A stretch of 64,000 nucleotides of DNA from a bacterium (GCA_043811375.1 JBDRNJ010000027.1:1-64000); one strand, 5' to 3'. Shown: positions 28,408 through 38,242, counted from the first letter of the stretch. A program made the numbers and translations. The notes: generated by a model from the letters alone, not told the origin.

Positions 28408-30540
28408 ATGGGACGGGTACTACTAAGTGCACCTGTAGCCGACATTGCTGATGAGCTCAAGCGATTTGCACACGCTGAGGAACTTTCATTCCGGAAAGTT
28501 GACAGCTCTCTTGATTGTTCGGCCCTTGATTACGTCGGGGAGCATCCGAAGCATCCCAGCGACAGCTGGATTCGATGGGAATTACGGGAACAGGCGAATG
28601 GCGTTGTTCTAAATGTTGACGTGGGTATACTTCGGGGTGCGCTGAGATTCACAGGCGTAATTCTGCTCCTTGGTATGGGCGGTCTTTGTGTGGTTTTCCT
28701 AATGCTCTCCGGTCTTGTCCCTATTGCCTTTCAGTCTCGCCTGGGACGGCTGCTAGTCATCGGATCGCTGTGCACTGCTGCTGTTGCTGGTCCATTTGTA
28801 TTGTTTCTTACGCACCGTGCACGTCGGGCTGAGTGGGATTTCTTCTCCCATCTTGAGAAATCATTCAGTTTCCGGATCTTGGAGCCAGTTGAAGGCAAAG
28901 TGTTTGGAAGAAATACGGATGCATTGCTGTTCATGCCAGCTTCATTGGTTCTGGTCGTTTGCTTCAGTCTCTTTGTTCCTCTTGTGGGAGTGCCTTTTCT
29001 TTTGATTGCTGGGTCAATGATGCTGACCTACTTATGTAGGATTGTACTCCAGCGCGGTCAGATTTCGAGTTGGAGGGCAGATATTGCAACTAACTACTTT
29101 GAGTGGACGATACCCGTGGCAACGGCGGTAGCTTGCCTGGTGCTTGTCTGTGGCTCGCCGCTGGCTCTGGAAGTCTATGTTCAGAACTACGATGAAGAAT
29201 CCACCCCACTTGGCTATCTTCGGGTTAGACGAGATCCGCTACTGCTATTCGAGCGAAGAGATGAAGATCCTGTTGAACTGAAGGCGACATGGACACAGAG
29301 GGTGGTCAGCTCGATAACAGAAGCGCCAGTGAATACCGAACCGTTGTCAGTGAACGGGCAACCGCGAAGCGGCACATCTGAGAGAAAGTTGACAGGGGAA
29401 GCCTTGCGAAAGATGGCCAGGGACATCAGGCGGCTCATTGGTGACATGTCAGATACAAATGTGTGGATTGTGATCCTGCTCATGGGCCTTACCCTAGCCA
29501 AGGTCATTCATCTGGGAGGCAAGTGGAGACACGTATTTGTGTCCGGTACGAAGTCTCCAGGTCGCATAGGGGAGCTCTATATAGAAGATGTAAAGCTTAA
29601 GGGCCTAAGCCGGTCTTTACTGGTGACGTCAAGCGCGCTGGCAATGCTGTGTGGACTGGCCCATGGCGTTCTTATCATACAGTTGGTCGCCTACGTTTTT
29701 GGCGTGCAGTTCCTTTTGATTGATGAAGTCCATGTACTATTTGCTCGTGTCGACGCGATGCGCATGGCTGGCCTTGAAGGTGCCAGTTTGCAATCCCAGG
29801 TCTCAAACCACACGTTGTGGTTGTGCGCGCTGACTGCTTGGTCGTTACCAACTGCCTTGATTGCAGCGAATCGGCTTATTAGAAGGCTTCGGCGTATTTA
29901 CTTCAGCACCAAGCGACGGTTGCACTCATCTTGCGAGATAGATTTACCATTCTGGCTGGGGCAAGGCATCCGCAAATGGTCGGCTGCGATTGGTGTAACT
30001 ACACCGAAACTCGTAATCACAGATTCCAGAGACGTTAGAGTGCACTCGGAGTGGCGCTTGTTCCAGGGAAGCGGAGCCGTAGTCGTGACACAAGGAGCAT
30101 TGACTGTACTGCGGCGGGGCGAAATGAAGGCAATTGTGTGCCACGAATTAGGACACCTGCAGCGAGATTGTCGACGCATCTCCTTGCTTACGCTGTTCTG
30201 TAGAGTGACGCTCGTGCCTTATGGCTTTGCAACACTGTTTTACGATTTCGAACGTGCAGAGGTACTAGCGGATGAAGTGGCAGTAACTGCTTGCGGTAGC
30301 AAGAGGCAACTGATTTCGGGATTGGCTAAACTTTCCATGGTAATGCGGGTGAATCGGGAGTCTCAAAGCAGGTTTAAGGGGAGTGAATCGTGGAGCCCGT
30401 CCCTCTGGATGCGGACGGGATGGCAACAACTCAGAGTCTTGTATGATTTGTATCTGGGAGAAGAAATGGTCGGCTATTCTTATCCAACTTTTGTTGCTCG
30501 ACTGAATCGCTTGCGGGTAAGTCAGGGCGAAAATACCTGA
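28408..30540 (+). CDS. Large multi-TM M48/M56-family (HtpX/BlaR-like) metalloprotease
   Basis: About eight TM helices, VVVTQGAL...EMKAIVCHELGH...EVLADEVA...LISGLAKL...YPTFVARL. Confidence 0.85.
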   Translation: MGRVLLSAPVADIADELKRFAHAEELSFRKVDSSLDCSALDYVGEHPKHPSDSWIRWELREQANGVVLNVDVGILRGALRFTGVILLLGMGGLCVVFLMLSGLVPIAFQSRLGRLLVIGSLCTAAVAGPFVLFLTHRARRAEWDFFSHLEKSFSFRILEPVEGKVFGRNTDALLFMPASLVLVVCFSLFVPLVGVPFLLIAGSMMLTYLCRIVLQRGQISSWRADIATNYFEWTIPVATAVACLVLVCGSPLALEVYVQNYDEESTPLGYLRVRRDPLLLFERRDEDPVELKATWTQRVVSSITEAPVNTEPLSVNGQPRSGTSERKLTGEALRKMARDIRRLIGDMSDTNVWIVILLMGLTLAKVIHLGGKWRHVFVSGTKSPGRIGELYIEDVKLKGLSRSLLVTSSALAMLCGLAHGVLIIQLVAYVFGVQFLLIDEVHVLFARVDAMRMAGLEGASLQSQVSNHTLWLCALTAWSLPTALIAANRLIRRLRRIYFSTKRRLHSSCEIDLPFWLGQGIRKWSAAIGVTTPKLVITDSRDVRVHSEWRLFQGSGAVVVTQGALTVLRRGEMKAIVCHELGHLQRDCRRISLLTLFCRVTLVPYGFATLFYDFERAEVLADEVAVTACGSKRQLISGLAKLSMVMRVNRESQSRFKGSESWSPSLWMRTGWQQLRVLYDLYLGEEMVGYSYPTFVARLNRLRVSQGENT

Positions 30541-30622
30541 GCTTGAGACCTTCAGGGTCGGCCATCCACACATGAGTCTCAATTGGTGTAGTTGACGGGA
30601 AAGGAAGTAAAGCAGTAAGGAA

Positions 30623-31471
30623 ATGCAGACTGAGGTACTCTTACATAAAGCATGCTCAAATGCCGCGGAGATAATCTTCCCGGAGGAGGCGTTGTACTTT
30701 GAAGAAATATGGTCAGCATATGTGGACATTCGCAAGAGATCAAGGACCGCATCCAGTCAGAGTGGTGAGGTTATTGGGCTGGATGAATCTGCTTATCTCG
30801 GAGCCATCAGCGGTGATGCCGTGGCAGCGTTTTATAGCCTGTTCTCAGTGATAGATTCCGCACTTGCAGATTTCGCCAGTAGTCAGGCAGAGCCAACCTT
30901 GAAAAGCATTGAGCACACCTTGAACAGGTACGCAGAGAAGCTCCGGATGGAGCCTTGGCTACGTCGGCTAGTCCGAATGCATATCCCAGGAATTCTTCAT
31001 ACTGTTCTCAGTGGTGGTGTTGAACTGCCACAAGAAACGCTTCGCACTGAAAATGTGATTGATGAAGACGGAGAAAGTTTATGGGTACATTCCCATCACT
31101 ACAAGGGGGAAGCGGACACGGACGCTGTTGAAAAGTTCCTAGAGTCACATGAGTATGATATCATCATGGATGAGCGTGTTCCGATGTGTTGGGTACGCAA
31201 GTCGGATGGAACAAAGAGACGCTTGGGCGTAGCTGGGCCACAATGGGAGCTATTGAAACAGTTTCTACTGAGTGTTGGTGGTTGTTGTACCTACCAAGCA
31301 ATTGAGCAGGATGTATATGGGGGGGAGTATGTTCCCAATAACACGATTCACGCTCTAAAAAAGAGACTCATGGAGAAACTTCCAAGCATGTTTGAAGACT
31401 CAGTTGTTGGTGATGAAGCAGGTTACTTAATTGATCCGGAGCGGCGGCTCCGCTTCCTGCTCGTGTATTAA
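30623..31471 (+). CDS. Protein with C-terminal OmpR-like winged HTH
   Basis: QWELLKQFL...CTYQAIEQDVYG...NTIHALKKRLMEKL...GYLI. Confidence 0.7.
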   Translation: MQTEVLLHKACSNAAEIIFPEEALYFEEIWSAYVDIRKRSRTASSQSGEVIGLDESAYLGAISGDAVAAFYSLFSVIDSALADFASSQAEPTLKSIEHTLNRYAEKLRMEPWLRRLVRMHIPGILHTVLSGGVELPQETLRTENVIDEDGESLWVHSHHYKGEADTDAVEKFLESHEYDIIMDERVPMCWVRKSDGTKRRLGVAGPQWELLKQFLLSVGGCCTYQAIEQDVYGGEYVPNNTIHALKKRLMEKLPSMFEDSVVGDEAGYLIDPERRLRFLLVY

Positions 31472-31490
31472 AGCACCTTATAGTCCCTTA

Positions 31491-32081
31491 TCAATCGGCA
31501 ACCTGGGCTGATAACCCTCGGTTCGAGAGCATCTTTTCAGCGGCAATACTGGGGTGCGCGTAGATGTCCAGTAAGTCTCGCAGCAACTCTGCGTAGGTTG
31601 TGCAAAAGCCATCATAGTCAATGTAGAGCGGTGCATCGCTAAGGGTAATCCCCAACTCCGACACCAAGTGAGTAACAACATCTTGTTGGATGTCTGTCCT
31701 CAGATCGTCGAGCCTCTTCTGGATTCCGACCAAGTGCACATAACGGCTAGGCTGCCGTTCAATAAGGTCTTCATGGAGTATTGGGTAATCTGCTGCATTG
31801 CCGCCGGCTAATGGCCCTAGCGCAAAGACATCAACTACCGCAGAACTACGGTCGTGCAGGCGGAAATACTTGGCGGCCAGTGCCTTTGCAGCCGTGGCGA
31901 CAAGCTCTTCATCGTCAGCTTGAAGAGGGTAGTCCTCAGCAACCCTCCCTGAGATGTTCCTCCCGCGAAGGTAGTCTGTGCAGACGTCAGATAGGTTTCT
32001 ACCATTATCGCGGAAACCGTCGATAGACCACGACCTATATTGCCAATATCCCTTCTGATCAGGCAATTCTATTACTGTCAT
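31491..32081 (-). CDS. Hypothetical protein (leaderless)
   Basis: ORF from the ATG at 32081; GAAAAAC-TTTATAAA 22 nt upstream. Confidence 0.6.
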   Translation of the reverse strand: MTVIELPDQKGYWQYRSWSIDGFRDNGRNLSDVCTDYLRGRNISGRVAEDYPLQADDEELVATAAKALAAKYFRLHDRSSAVVDVFALGPLAGGNAADYPILHEDLIERQPSRYVHLVGIQKRLDDLRTDIQQDVVTHLVSELGITLSDAPLYIDYDGFCTTYAELLRDLLDIYAHPSIAAEKMLSNRGLSAQVAD

Positions 32082-32301
32082 GAATTGCAATGGATGAAAG
32101 CCTTTATAAAGTTTTTCCCCTATGTGTACCTAGTCCATCAGGACTCAGTCATCACCCCGTAAGCGTTTCGTCAGGTTGACCTTATTACTTGAAGGCAGGT
32201 CGCGAGGCCTGCGTGAAGCTCGTGACCTCTTGAACGGAGAAGATGAAATGATCACGAGAGAACTTCGCAAGCAATGTCTTGAATGTAAGGAGGACACCAT
32301 C

Positions 32302-32859
32302 ATGCCAAATGAATTGAAGGTCTTGGTCCTTATAGACCAGGCGAATCTGCACGGGCAGGCCACTTCACTTAACAAGCGGTTCAACATAGTGAAACTCTAT
32401 GAGCGCCTCCTCGGGTCTGAGAACGGTGTCGGCCGAGGCGATTGCATCGTGTATGCGCCGGTGCTGCCGGGGAATCCGGACGGTTCACATGGGAACCACG
32501 ACTGGCTCAGGCATTCAGGGTTGCAGGTGGTAAGCAAGCGAGCGAAGCGCCTTCCTGATGGTACCGTGAAGTGTGATATGGACGTGATCCTTGCACTGGA
32601 CGCAATGGAACTGGCTCGGGAGGCAAAGCCGGATGTCATCATCTTGGCGTCGGGCGACGGCGATTTCTCTCCGCTGGCGATCAGGCTCCGGAGAATGGGA
32701 ATAAGGGTCGAAGCGGCAAGCTGCAAAGGAAGCTTGGCAGGTGAACTCCGCGCAGCTTGTCAGCGTGTCATCGAACTGGACGAGTTTTTCTCAAAGCCTG
32801 AGAAGATGGATGAAAGCGCGGTCATCACTGCGGTTCCTAGTGTTCAGGATGTCGCATAG
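32302..32859 (+). CDS. NYN-domain (LabA/DUF88) PIN-like nuclease
   Basis: VLIDQAN...KCDMDVILALD...LASGDGDFSPL...L...C...IEL. RBS AAGGAGG. Confidence 0.92.
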   Translation: MPNELKVLVLIDQANLHGQATSLNKRFNIVKLYERLLGSENGVGRGDCIVYAPVLPGNPDGSHGNHDWLRHSGLQVVSKRAKRLPDGTVKCDMDVILALDAMELAREAKPDVIILASGDGDFSPLAIRLRRMGIRVEAASCKGSLAGELRAACQRVIELDEFFSKPEKMDESAVITAVPSVQDVA

Positions 32860-32887
32860 GACAATGAAACGATAGGAGGAAAAAACC

Positions 32888-33757
32888 ATGAATAGGCTTC
32901 AGATTCGGAGAATGAGGAACAGGCTGGATCAGCTTCACGATCCTCGCCGTCTGAGGGCAGAGCTGCTTCGCTGTCGGAAGATTGCCTGGTTGGACAGGTC
33001 CAAGCTTCGTGGTGAGGAAATCAATGTAGTCAGGCAGTTCCGGAAGCAATACGGGCGATGGTTCGGGGACGAGGGGATGCCAAGGTTTCCTTCCGACGAA
33101 TGGAGCGCAAAGCTGAAAGGAAAGTCAATGAAGATTGGTGGCTGGGTTGGTCTTGCGCTTGAGAGTGGTATAGCAGCGCTTGTCTCTCCCGGCGTTCTAG
33201 CAATGCCACCTGTAAGGGCGGCCGTGGTCGGAGTAGGTGTCACCTTGGCGTTCGCAATCATGGTTAAAAAGGGGCTCTTGGCCGTGGGCTATGATGAGGA
33301 TGACCCGATCCGAAGCCGGAACAGGCTAGCATGGCTCGGTTCGATCGTCTTGGGGATCAGCCTTTTGATGCTTGTCCCCTTCTTCCTGGGCAGAGCGAGC
33401 GCTGAAGTTGGGAGCCTGGCAGGCTGGGCGCTGGGCATCCTCGGCGTCTCACTCCCTGTTACCGCCGCAGGCTTGCTGGCAGCCGGTGAGCTGACGTCTT
33501 GGCCCCAGCAGCTAACTAGGCAATTCAGGTCAATCCGCGCCAGGAGAGCGCGGGTAGAGGCCTTTCTGCTTGAAGTGAACATCAAACTGGAGGATTTGAA
33601 ATGCAGAGCAAAGCACTCACACTGGCGGCCGCGCAGGGGATATTGGCAACGCTCTTCATCGCGTCATGCATGGAGCAAGAACCAATTCGGCAACAACGGG
33701 AACAGGAAGCGAGCTTCGAACGGTTCCAGGTTTTCGTCGATACGTCGGGCAGTCTAG
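32888..33757 (+). CDS. Four-TM membrane protein
   Basis: RBS AGGAGG; four hydrophobic helices. The Arg-rich tail overlaps the next gene. Confidence 0.7.
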   Translation: MNRLQIRRMRNRLDQLHDPRRLRAELLRCRKIAWLDRSKLRGEEINVVRQFRKQYGRWFGDEGMPRFPSDEWSAKLKGKSMKIGGWVGLALESGIAALVSPGVLAMPPVRAAVVGVGVTLAFAIMVKKGLLAVGYDEDDPIRSRNRLAWLGSIVLGISLLMLVPFFLGRASAEVGSLAGWALGILGVSLPVTAAGLLAAGELTSWPQQLTRQFRSIRARRARVEAFLLEVNIKLEDLKCRAKHSHWRPRRGYWQRSSSRHAWSKNQFGNNGNRKRASNGSRFSSIRRAV

Positions 33758-34467
33758 ATGAGCAGGAATACCGCACCGTGATAAACTCCGTTTGCGCCTC
33801 GCTGGATACGTTGGTGGAATTATTCAGCACTCGGTATCTATCGGTGATACCGTTTTCGGCGGGGCCGGATCTTTGGAGCGGTTCGCACGTGACGGCAGTC
33901 CTGCCGGAACCACCTCTGGTAGAGGTGAGAGCTGACGTTCAAAACGAAGCTGCGCTTCTGTTCAAGAAGTACCAAGCCAAGCTCCAAAAGGAGGCTGATA
34001 AGGAACAGAAGCAAGCGCGGCTTGCTGCTCGAGGTGCTTATATGAGTGCCGTCGGGGACTCAATTGCGCCTGTCTTGATGTTCCTCTCTGGCCTCCTTCA
34101 GGGCGACGCCGAGTGCACCTCGTTGAACGACCTCGCGGTGCGTTGCGGTTCTGACGGGAGCAACACCTTATCACTTGTCATCACCGACGGCGTGGACGAT
34201 TGCGGTGCATTGTCGCGCGAATCAGTGGAGAAGCCTGAGGGCAATTCAGTAACGGTGGTTTTCCTGGTGCCTACGAAACGTGATAGGCAAAAGCACGGGG
34301 AGTACGGTGAGCTACTGAAGGCACGGAGTGAAGCCCTGAAGGTGCTTCTTCCATCGGCGATAATCCTTCCCGGATACATGAGTTCCCGCCTCGATTCATG
34401 GCTGAGCGAGATAGTGCAGAAGAGAAAGGGCACGGTTGGCTCGGATTGGGAGGACCTTGATGGCTAA
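33601..34467 (+). CDS. vWA-domain lipoprotein
   Basis: Lipobox FIASC; MIDAS VFVDTSGS...CTSL...VITDG. Confidence 0.8.
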   Translation: MQSKALTLAAAQGILATLFIASCMEQEPIRQQREQEASFERFQVFVDTSGSLDEQEYRTVINSVCASLDTLVELFSTRYLSVIPFSAGPDLWSGSHVTAVLPEPPLVEVRADVQNEAALLFKKYQAKLQKEADKEQKQARLAARGAYMSAVGDSIAPVLMFLSGLLQGDAECTSLNDLAVRCGSDGSNTLSLVITDGVDDCGALSRESVEKPEGNSVTVVFLVPTKRDRQKHGEYGELLKARSEALKVLLPSAIILPGYMSSRLDSWLSEIVQKRKGTVGSDWEDLDG

Positions 34468-34720
34468 GCATTCATCCGGCAACCAGTTGGATCTGTTTGA
34501 CAGCTTGAATAGCGAGGTTGCGAGGTCTGCGGACCTGGACGCTGAGGAGATATCTCGGCAAGAGAGGCATCAGCCCGGGGATGGGCAAACAGTATCAACG
34601 ACGGAAGCCACGATAAAGGAGGATGTGTGCGCGTGTCATCAGTGCGGAAAGCACCGTGCTGGCGCAGACGATGAAGTGGAAGAGCTTGTCACAGCACTTT
34701 ATGGCCCAGGAAATACGTGA
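34460..34720 (+). CDS. Small acidic protein with QLDLF motif and CxCxxC
   Basis: RBS GGAGG; MAKHSSGNQLDLFDS...CACHQC. Confidence 0.55.
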   Translation: MAKHSSGNQLDLFDSLNSEVARSADLDAEEISRQERHQPGDGQTVSTTEATIKEDVCACHQCGKHRAGADDEVEELVTALYGPGNT

Positions 34721-34778
34721 GAGTGTTGAGTTGAACTCTCCAGTTAGGCGAGAACGGAAGATAGATGGAGGAACTGAC

Positions 34779-35168
34779 ATGGATAAAAAGAGCAAACCGG
34801 ATGACGACGCCCTTGAACTGAAACGGGACGTTAGCAGGGAGCGGATAGGCCGTGACGTTGCTGAGACCGGACAGGTCAAGCAGGTGGTGAAGCGGGAGTT
34901 TGAGTTCGACGGCGTGCTTGGCAGCGAGACAATAATCGAATACGCTCAGCTTTACTGCGGTCACTTGTCGCCGGCTAGTGCTGGTGGCCTCTGTGTCTGC
35001 GGGCGAAGTTACTGTCGGGCGTGCCTGGAGTCTGCAGGAGCCAATTGCAGCGTTTGCGGCAGGCTGATCGGACCCTGCTGCGTTTCTCGATCGTGCCTGG
35101 ATCAGGACCGCGTGTACTGCAAGCAGTGTCGGTTTTTTGGCTGGTTAGCTTGGCTATTTGGAGGATGA
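34779..35168 (+). CDS. Cys-rich double zinc-finger protein
   Basis: RBS GGAGG; CGH...CVCGRSYCRAC...CSVC...CC...CKQC. Confidence 0.75.
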   Translation: MDKKSKPDDDALELKRDVSRERIGRDVAETGQVKQVVKREFEFDGVLGSETIIEYAQLYCGHLSPASAGGLCVCGRSYCRACLESAGANCSVCGRLIGPCCVSRSCLDQDRVYCKQCRFFGWLAWLFGG

Positions 35169-35395
35169 TTACAATGGCTTGGATCTTACTTTTGCTCGGG
35201 CTCTTTTTCGTGTTCACCAGGATACTGCCCTCCCGAAATGGGGCAGTTGTTACAGGGTTCCTCATGCCCGTAGTGTTTATCCTGTACTTGGCTACTGTCT
35301 CTCCCAACCTCGCGCGATTCGTTGCGATTATCATCGGCCCAATTCTCCTCGTGGCTTTTCTGAGGTTGAGGTCCAAAGGCCGGCGTGGGAAGTGA
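35165..35395 (+). CDS. Small three-TM membrane protein
   Basis: ATGA overlap with the previous gene; hydrophobic with a basic tail. Confidence 0.7.
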   Translation: MITMAWILLLLGLFFVFTRILPSRNGAVVTGFLMPVVFILYLATVSPNLARFVAIIIGPILLVAFLRLRSKGRRGK

Positions 35396-36716
35396 CAGTA
35401 TAGGGTCCAAACTCATGTGGCGCGAACAGAGACAATTGCAGAGGTTGGTCAACCTGCTCGGAACATCTGAGCCTCGCGTGTCACGCCTGGAAAGGCTGGC
35501 GGCGCTGCATCCGGAGAAAGTCCCACAAGTCTTGAGGTCGCTGAGTCTCTTGGCAATCAGGCGAGGCCTTGACCCGACCAACATGCCTGCGTTTCCGGTC
35601 TGCCGGAATGCCTTGCCGGCTGATGGCGTGCACCTCGGAGAGCAGATGTTCGGCGAGCAACCCGTGGGCGAACTGCGGCTCGGTATTGAAGACATGCTTG
35701 GGTCACACGTTCTTGTCGCAGGGGTCACAGGCTGGGGTAAGACCTACCTGCTTATGTATATTCTCCAGCAGCTAGTCAAAATGGCATATCGCGTATGCGT
35801 CTTTGATAGCGAGTCCGAATACTGGAAGTTTGCGGAAAGAGCTGGGCTGGATCAATGCTGGTTTGTCCATCTCGAAGACGACAAGGACAACCCGCTCCAG
35901 CAACCGCCCAATGTCCCGGTAGGCAAGTGGTTCGCCGCCTGGAAACGCAGCGTGCGCGAGGTCATGTGGTGCCGGGAAGGCATGATCAATCTGCTCACCC
36001 TATGCATTGGCAACCTACTGAAGAATACAAAAGGACAGAAGCCAGAAAGGTCCCCCACCATCTCCAATCTTTACTCCCTGTTGAACAACATGAGGTTCCA
36101 GCCTGGAACCAGACGCGCTGGTTATCACGAATCGCTCTTAGACAGGGTGCAGTCGCTCCTGGACAACCTTGGCCCGATGGTGGATTGTGAGTCAGGATAT
36201 CCACTGGAAGACCTTGCACGGAAAAGCCTCGTCTATGACATTTCATCACTCAGCCAGGAAGCGCAGTTATTCGTCCTGCACCTTAAGCTCCTGAAGATGC
36301 AGCTCTATCGTGAGGCCCAACTGGAAGAGGCTGGGAAAGAGGCTGCTGCTACAGGCTCCGACGTTTTCGTTGTGGAGGAAGCTCACCGAGCAACGGCCAA
36401 GGTACTGGAGAAAAGGCCTGACCTCGGAGAGCCGCTGCTTTACGACTTGGTGAGGACGGGAAGAAAGCGCGGCGCCAAGTTCGTATTCGTCGAACAAGTG
36501 ATAGCCGGAATCCCATACCAGATTCTTGGCAACATCAACTGCAGGATCATAGGGAGAATCTCTGACGGCCGCTCTTTGATCGCACTCGCGCAGATAACGG
36601 GGTGGGACGACGATCAGCTGGATTTCATTCGGGAACTCCCGCCCAGACATTTTGTCATCCAGACGCCGCTAATACCTGATGGGGCCGTGTTCAAGGTACC
36701 GGATTTGAGTGAATGA
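35385..36716 (+). CDS. HerA/VirD4-like (DUF87) ATPase
   Basis: HVLVAGVTGWGKT, VFDSESEY, VVEEAH, GRKRG, FVEQ. Confidence 0.88.
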   Translation: MGSDSIGSKLMWREQRQLQRLVNLLGTSEPRVSRLERLAALHPEKVPQVLRSLSLLAIRRGLDPTNMPAFPVCRNALPADGVHLGEQMFGEQPVGELRLGIEDMLGSHVLVAGVTGWGKTYLLMYILQQLVKMAYRVCVFDSESEYWKFAERAGLDQCWFVHLEDDKDNPLQQPPNVPVGKWFAAWKRSVREVMWCREGMINLLTLCIGNLLKNTKGQKPERSPTISNLYSLLNNMRFQPGTRRAGYHESLLDRVQSLLDNLGPMVDCESGYPLEDLARKSLVYDISSLSQEAQLFVLHLKLLKMQLYREAQLEEAGKEAAATGSDVFVVEEAHRATAKVLEKRPDLGEPLLYDLVRTGRKRGAKFVFVEQVIAGIPYQILGNINCRIIGRISDGRSLIALAQITGWDDDQLDFIRELPPRHFVIQTPLIPDGAVFKVPDLSE

Positions 36717-37462
36717 GTATGGATAAACAGGAATTGAGAAAACGCATGCGCGAAATCCTGGCGGAACTGGATTGGAGGGGTGCTGGAAAGGGCGGAAGTG
36801 AGGAACCAGAGACCCTGGAGGTTGCCGGAACCTCGGGAGGAGCAAATCGCTGGGTGACTGTCCGGGATGCGCATAAGAAGGTCTTGGCCAGCGTGGCGAA
36901 AAATCCCTTCTACTCGATCACTGAGCACACAGAGGCAATCGGGAACATAAGCGCCTGGGTTATGGCCAGAGTGATTGAAGAACTGACAAAGATAGGCTTT
37001 CTGGGAGAACCTCTGCCACTCTCGCTTGGCAAACGCGGAAGCCCGAGGCGGTATCTCAAGATCACACCCAGAGGTGCAAAGCATATCGGTGTAAAATTCG
37101 AAGACTGCCGGATACCTGGCAAGGGGTCTTTCGAACACTGTCTATACCAAGACATCGTTTACCGCTTTCTTAGAGCCAAAGGCCGGGCTGTCCTGATTGA
37201 GCAGACATATAACGGCAAGGCAGTGGATGTAGTGGAGCACCTTGACGACGGCAAGGTCAGGGCATACGAGATCGAACTTAGAGCTATCGGGCATGTCGCT
37301 GACAATATACGTGGTGATCTAGACGCTGGGTGCATGGCGGTCATAGTGGTGACGCGGAACCGATCCGAAGAGAAGCGGATTTCCTTGGCAGTCTATGGCA
37401 GGCTTTCCGCCGAGATGCTGGAGCACGTCAGCTTCCGGACGATTGGAGAGTTTGTTCAATGA
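36713..37462 (+). CDS. wHTH + PD-(D/E)XK nuclease-fold protein
   Basis: SITEH...LKITPRG wHTH; GSFEHCLY; AVDVV...AYEIEL. ATGA overlap with the ATPase gene. Confidence 0.8.
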   Translation: MSMDKQELRKRMREILAELDWRGAGKGGSEEPETLEVAGTSGGANRWVTVRDAHKKVLASVAKNPFYSITEHTEAIGNISAWVMARVIEELTKIGFLGEPLPLSLGKRGSPRRYLKITPRGAKHIGVKFEDCRIPGKGSFEHCLYQDIVYRFLRAKGRAVLIEQTYNGKAVDVVEHLDDGKVRAYEIELRAIGHVADNIRGDLDAGCMAVIVVTRNRSEEKRISLAVYGRLSAEMLEHVSFRTIGEFVQ

Positions 37463-37490
37463 CCACAATCCACGGTAGGAGACCTTAGGC

Positions 37491-38060
37491 GTGGCACCAG
37501 GCTTTGGAAAGTATGGATGGAGAAGTGGCCTGCGCGGATTGAGACAGAGTCGGTCCGGTCGCCTGGATTTGCGGCACATCCTTGAGCCACCGCTGCCGAT
37601 GGGCGGGGACCCAAGCTTTGATTGCCCTGAGACAGGCGCCAGAGTGACCTATACCACATGTGACGAGTGTCCTTTGTACCAGCGGTGGGGGGACAGGGAG
37701 ATCCGTATCTGCAGGCACAAATACGAGGAGTCTGAGGCACTCGACAGGGAGAGCGAGAAGTGGCTTGAGAACACTCTGGAAGAAAACAGGCGGGTTGTGG
37801 AGAAGATGGGCGAGGACACGAGGCACAGCGAACATGAGTTCCAAGAGCACATGGAATACCTCGAATCCTTGAAAGAGGAGCAGGAAGAGCAACGCAAGAA
37901 GAGTCATGAAGAGTTCCATAGAGAACTGGATGAGTTGACAGAGGCAGCTCTGAGGTCCCTGCTGGGCAGCACAGGCCGGTCCGACACATGGTCCGAGGAT
38001 GATGACGAGCAGGACAGAGACTGCTGCGATGGCTATGAAGATGGTTTTGAAGAGCGCTGA
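37491..38060 (+). CDS. Acidic coiled-coil protein with Cys cluster
   Basis: CP...CDEC...C followed by an E-rich helix. True start may be 37599. Confidence 0.6.
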   Translation: MAPGFGKYGWRSGLRGLRQSRSGRLDLRHILEPPLPMGGDPSFDCPETGARVTYTTCDECPLYQRWGDREIRICRHKYEESEALDRESEKWLENTLEENRRVVEKMGEDTRHSEHEFQEHMEYLESLKEEQEEQRKKSHEEFHRELDELTEAALRSLLGSTGRSDTWSEDDDEQDRDCCDGYEDGFEER

Positions 38061-38242
38061 GAGGAAAACGCCTCAGCGGGCGAGTGTGCAGAGCAAACGG
38101 AAAATGGCTGCTGGATGGCAGCTGATGATGCAGGCAGGCTGGGAAGCCCGCCAGCAGTAGTCCGGGCAGAGTTGCAGGGTCAGCAAGCAACCTGCCGGGT
38201 CGACGGGTAGTTGTGAAGGCTGTTAGCCAAACGACGGGTTGG

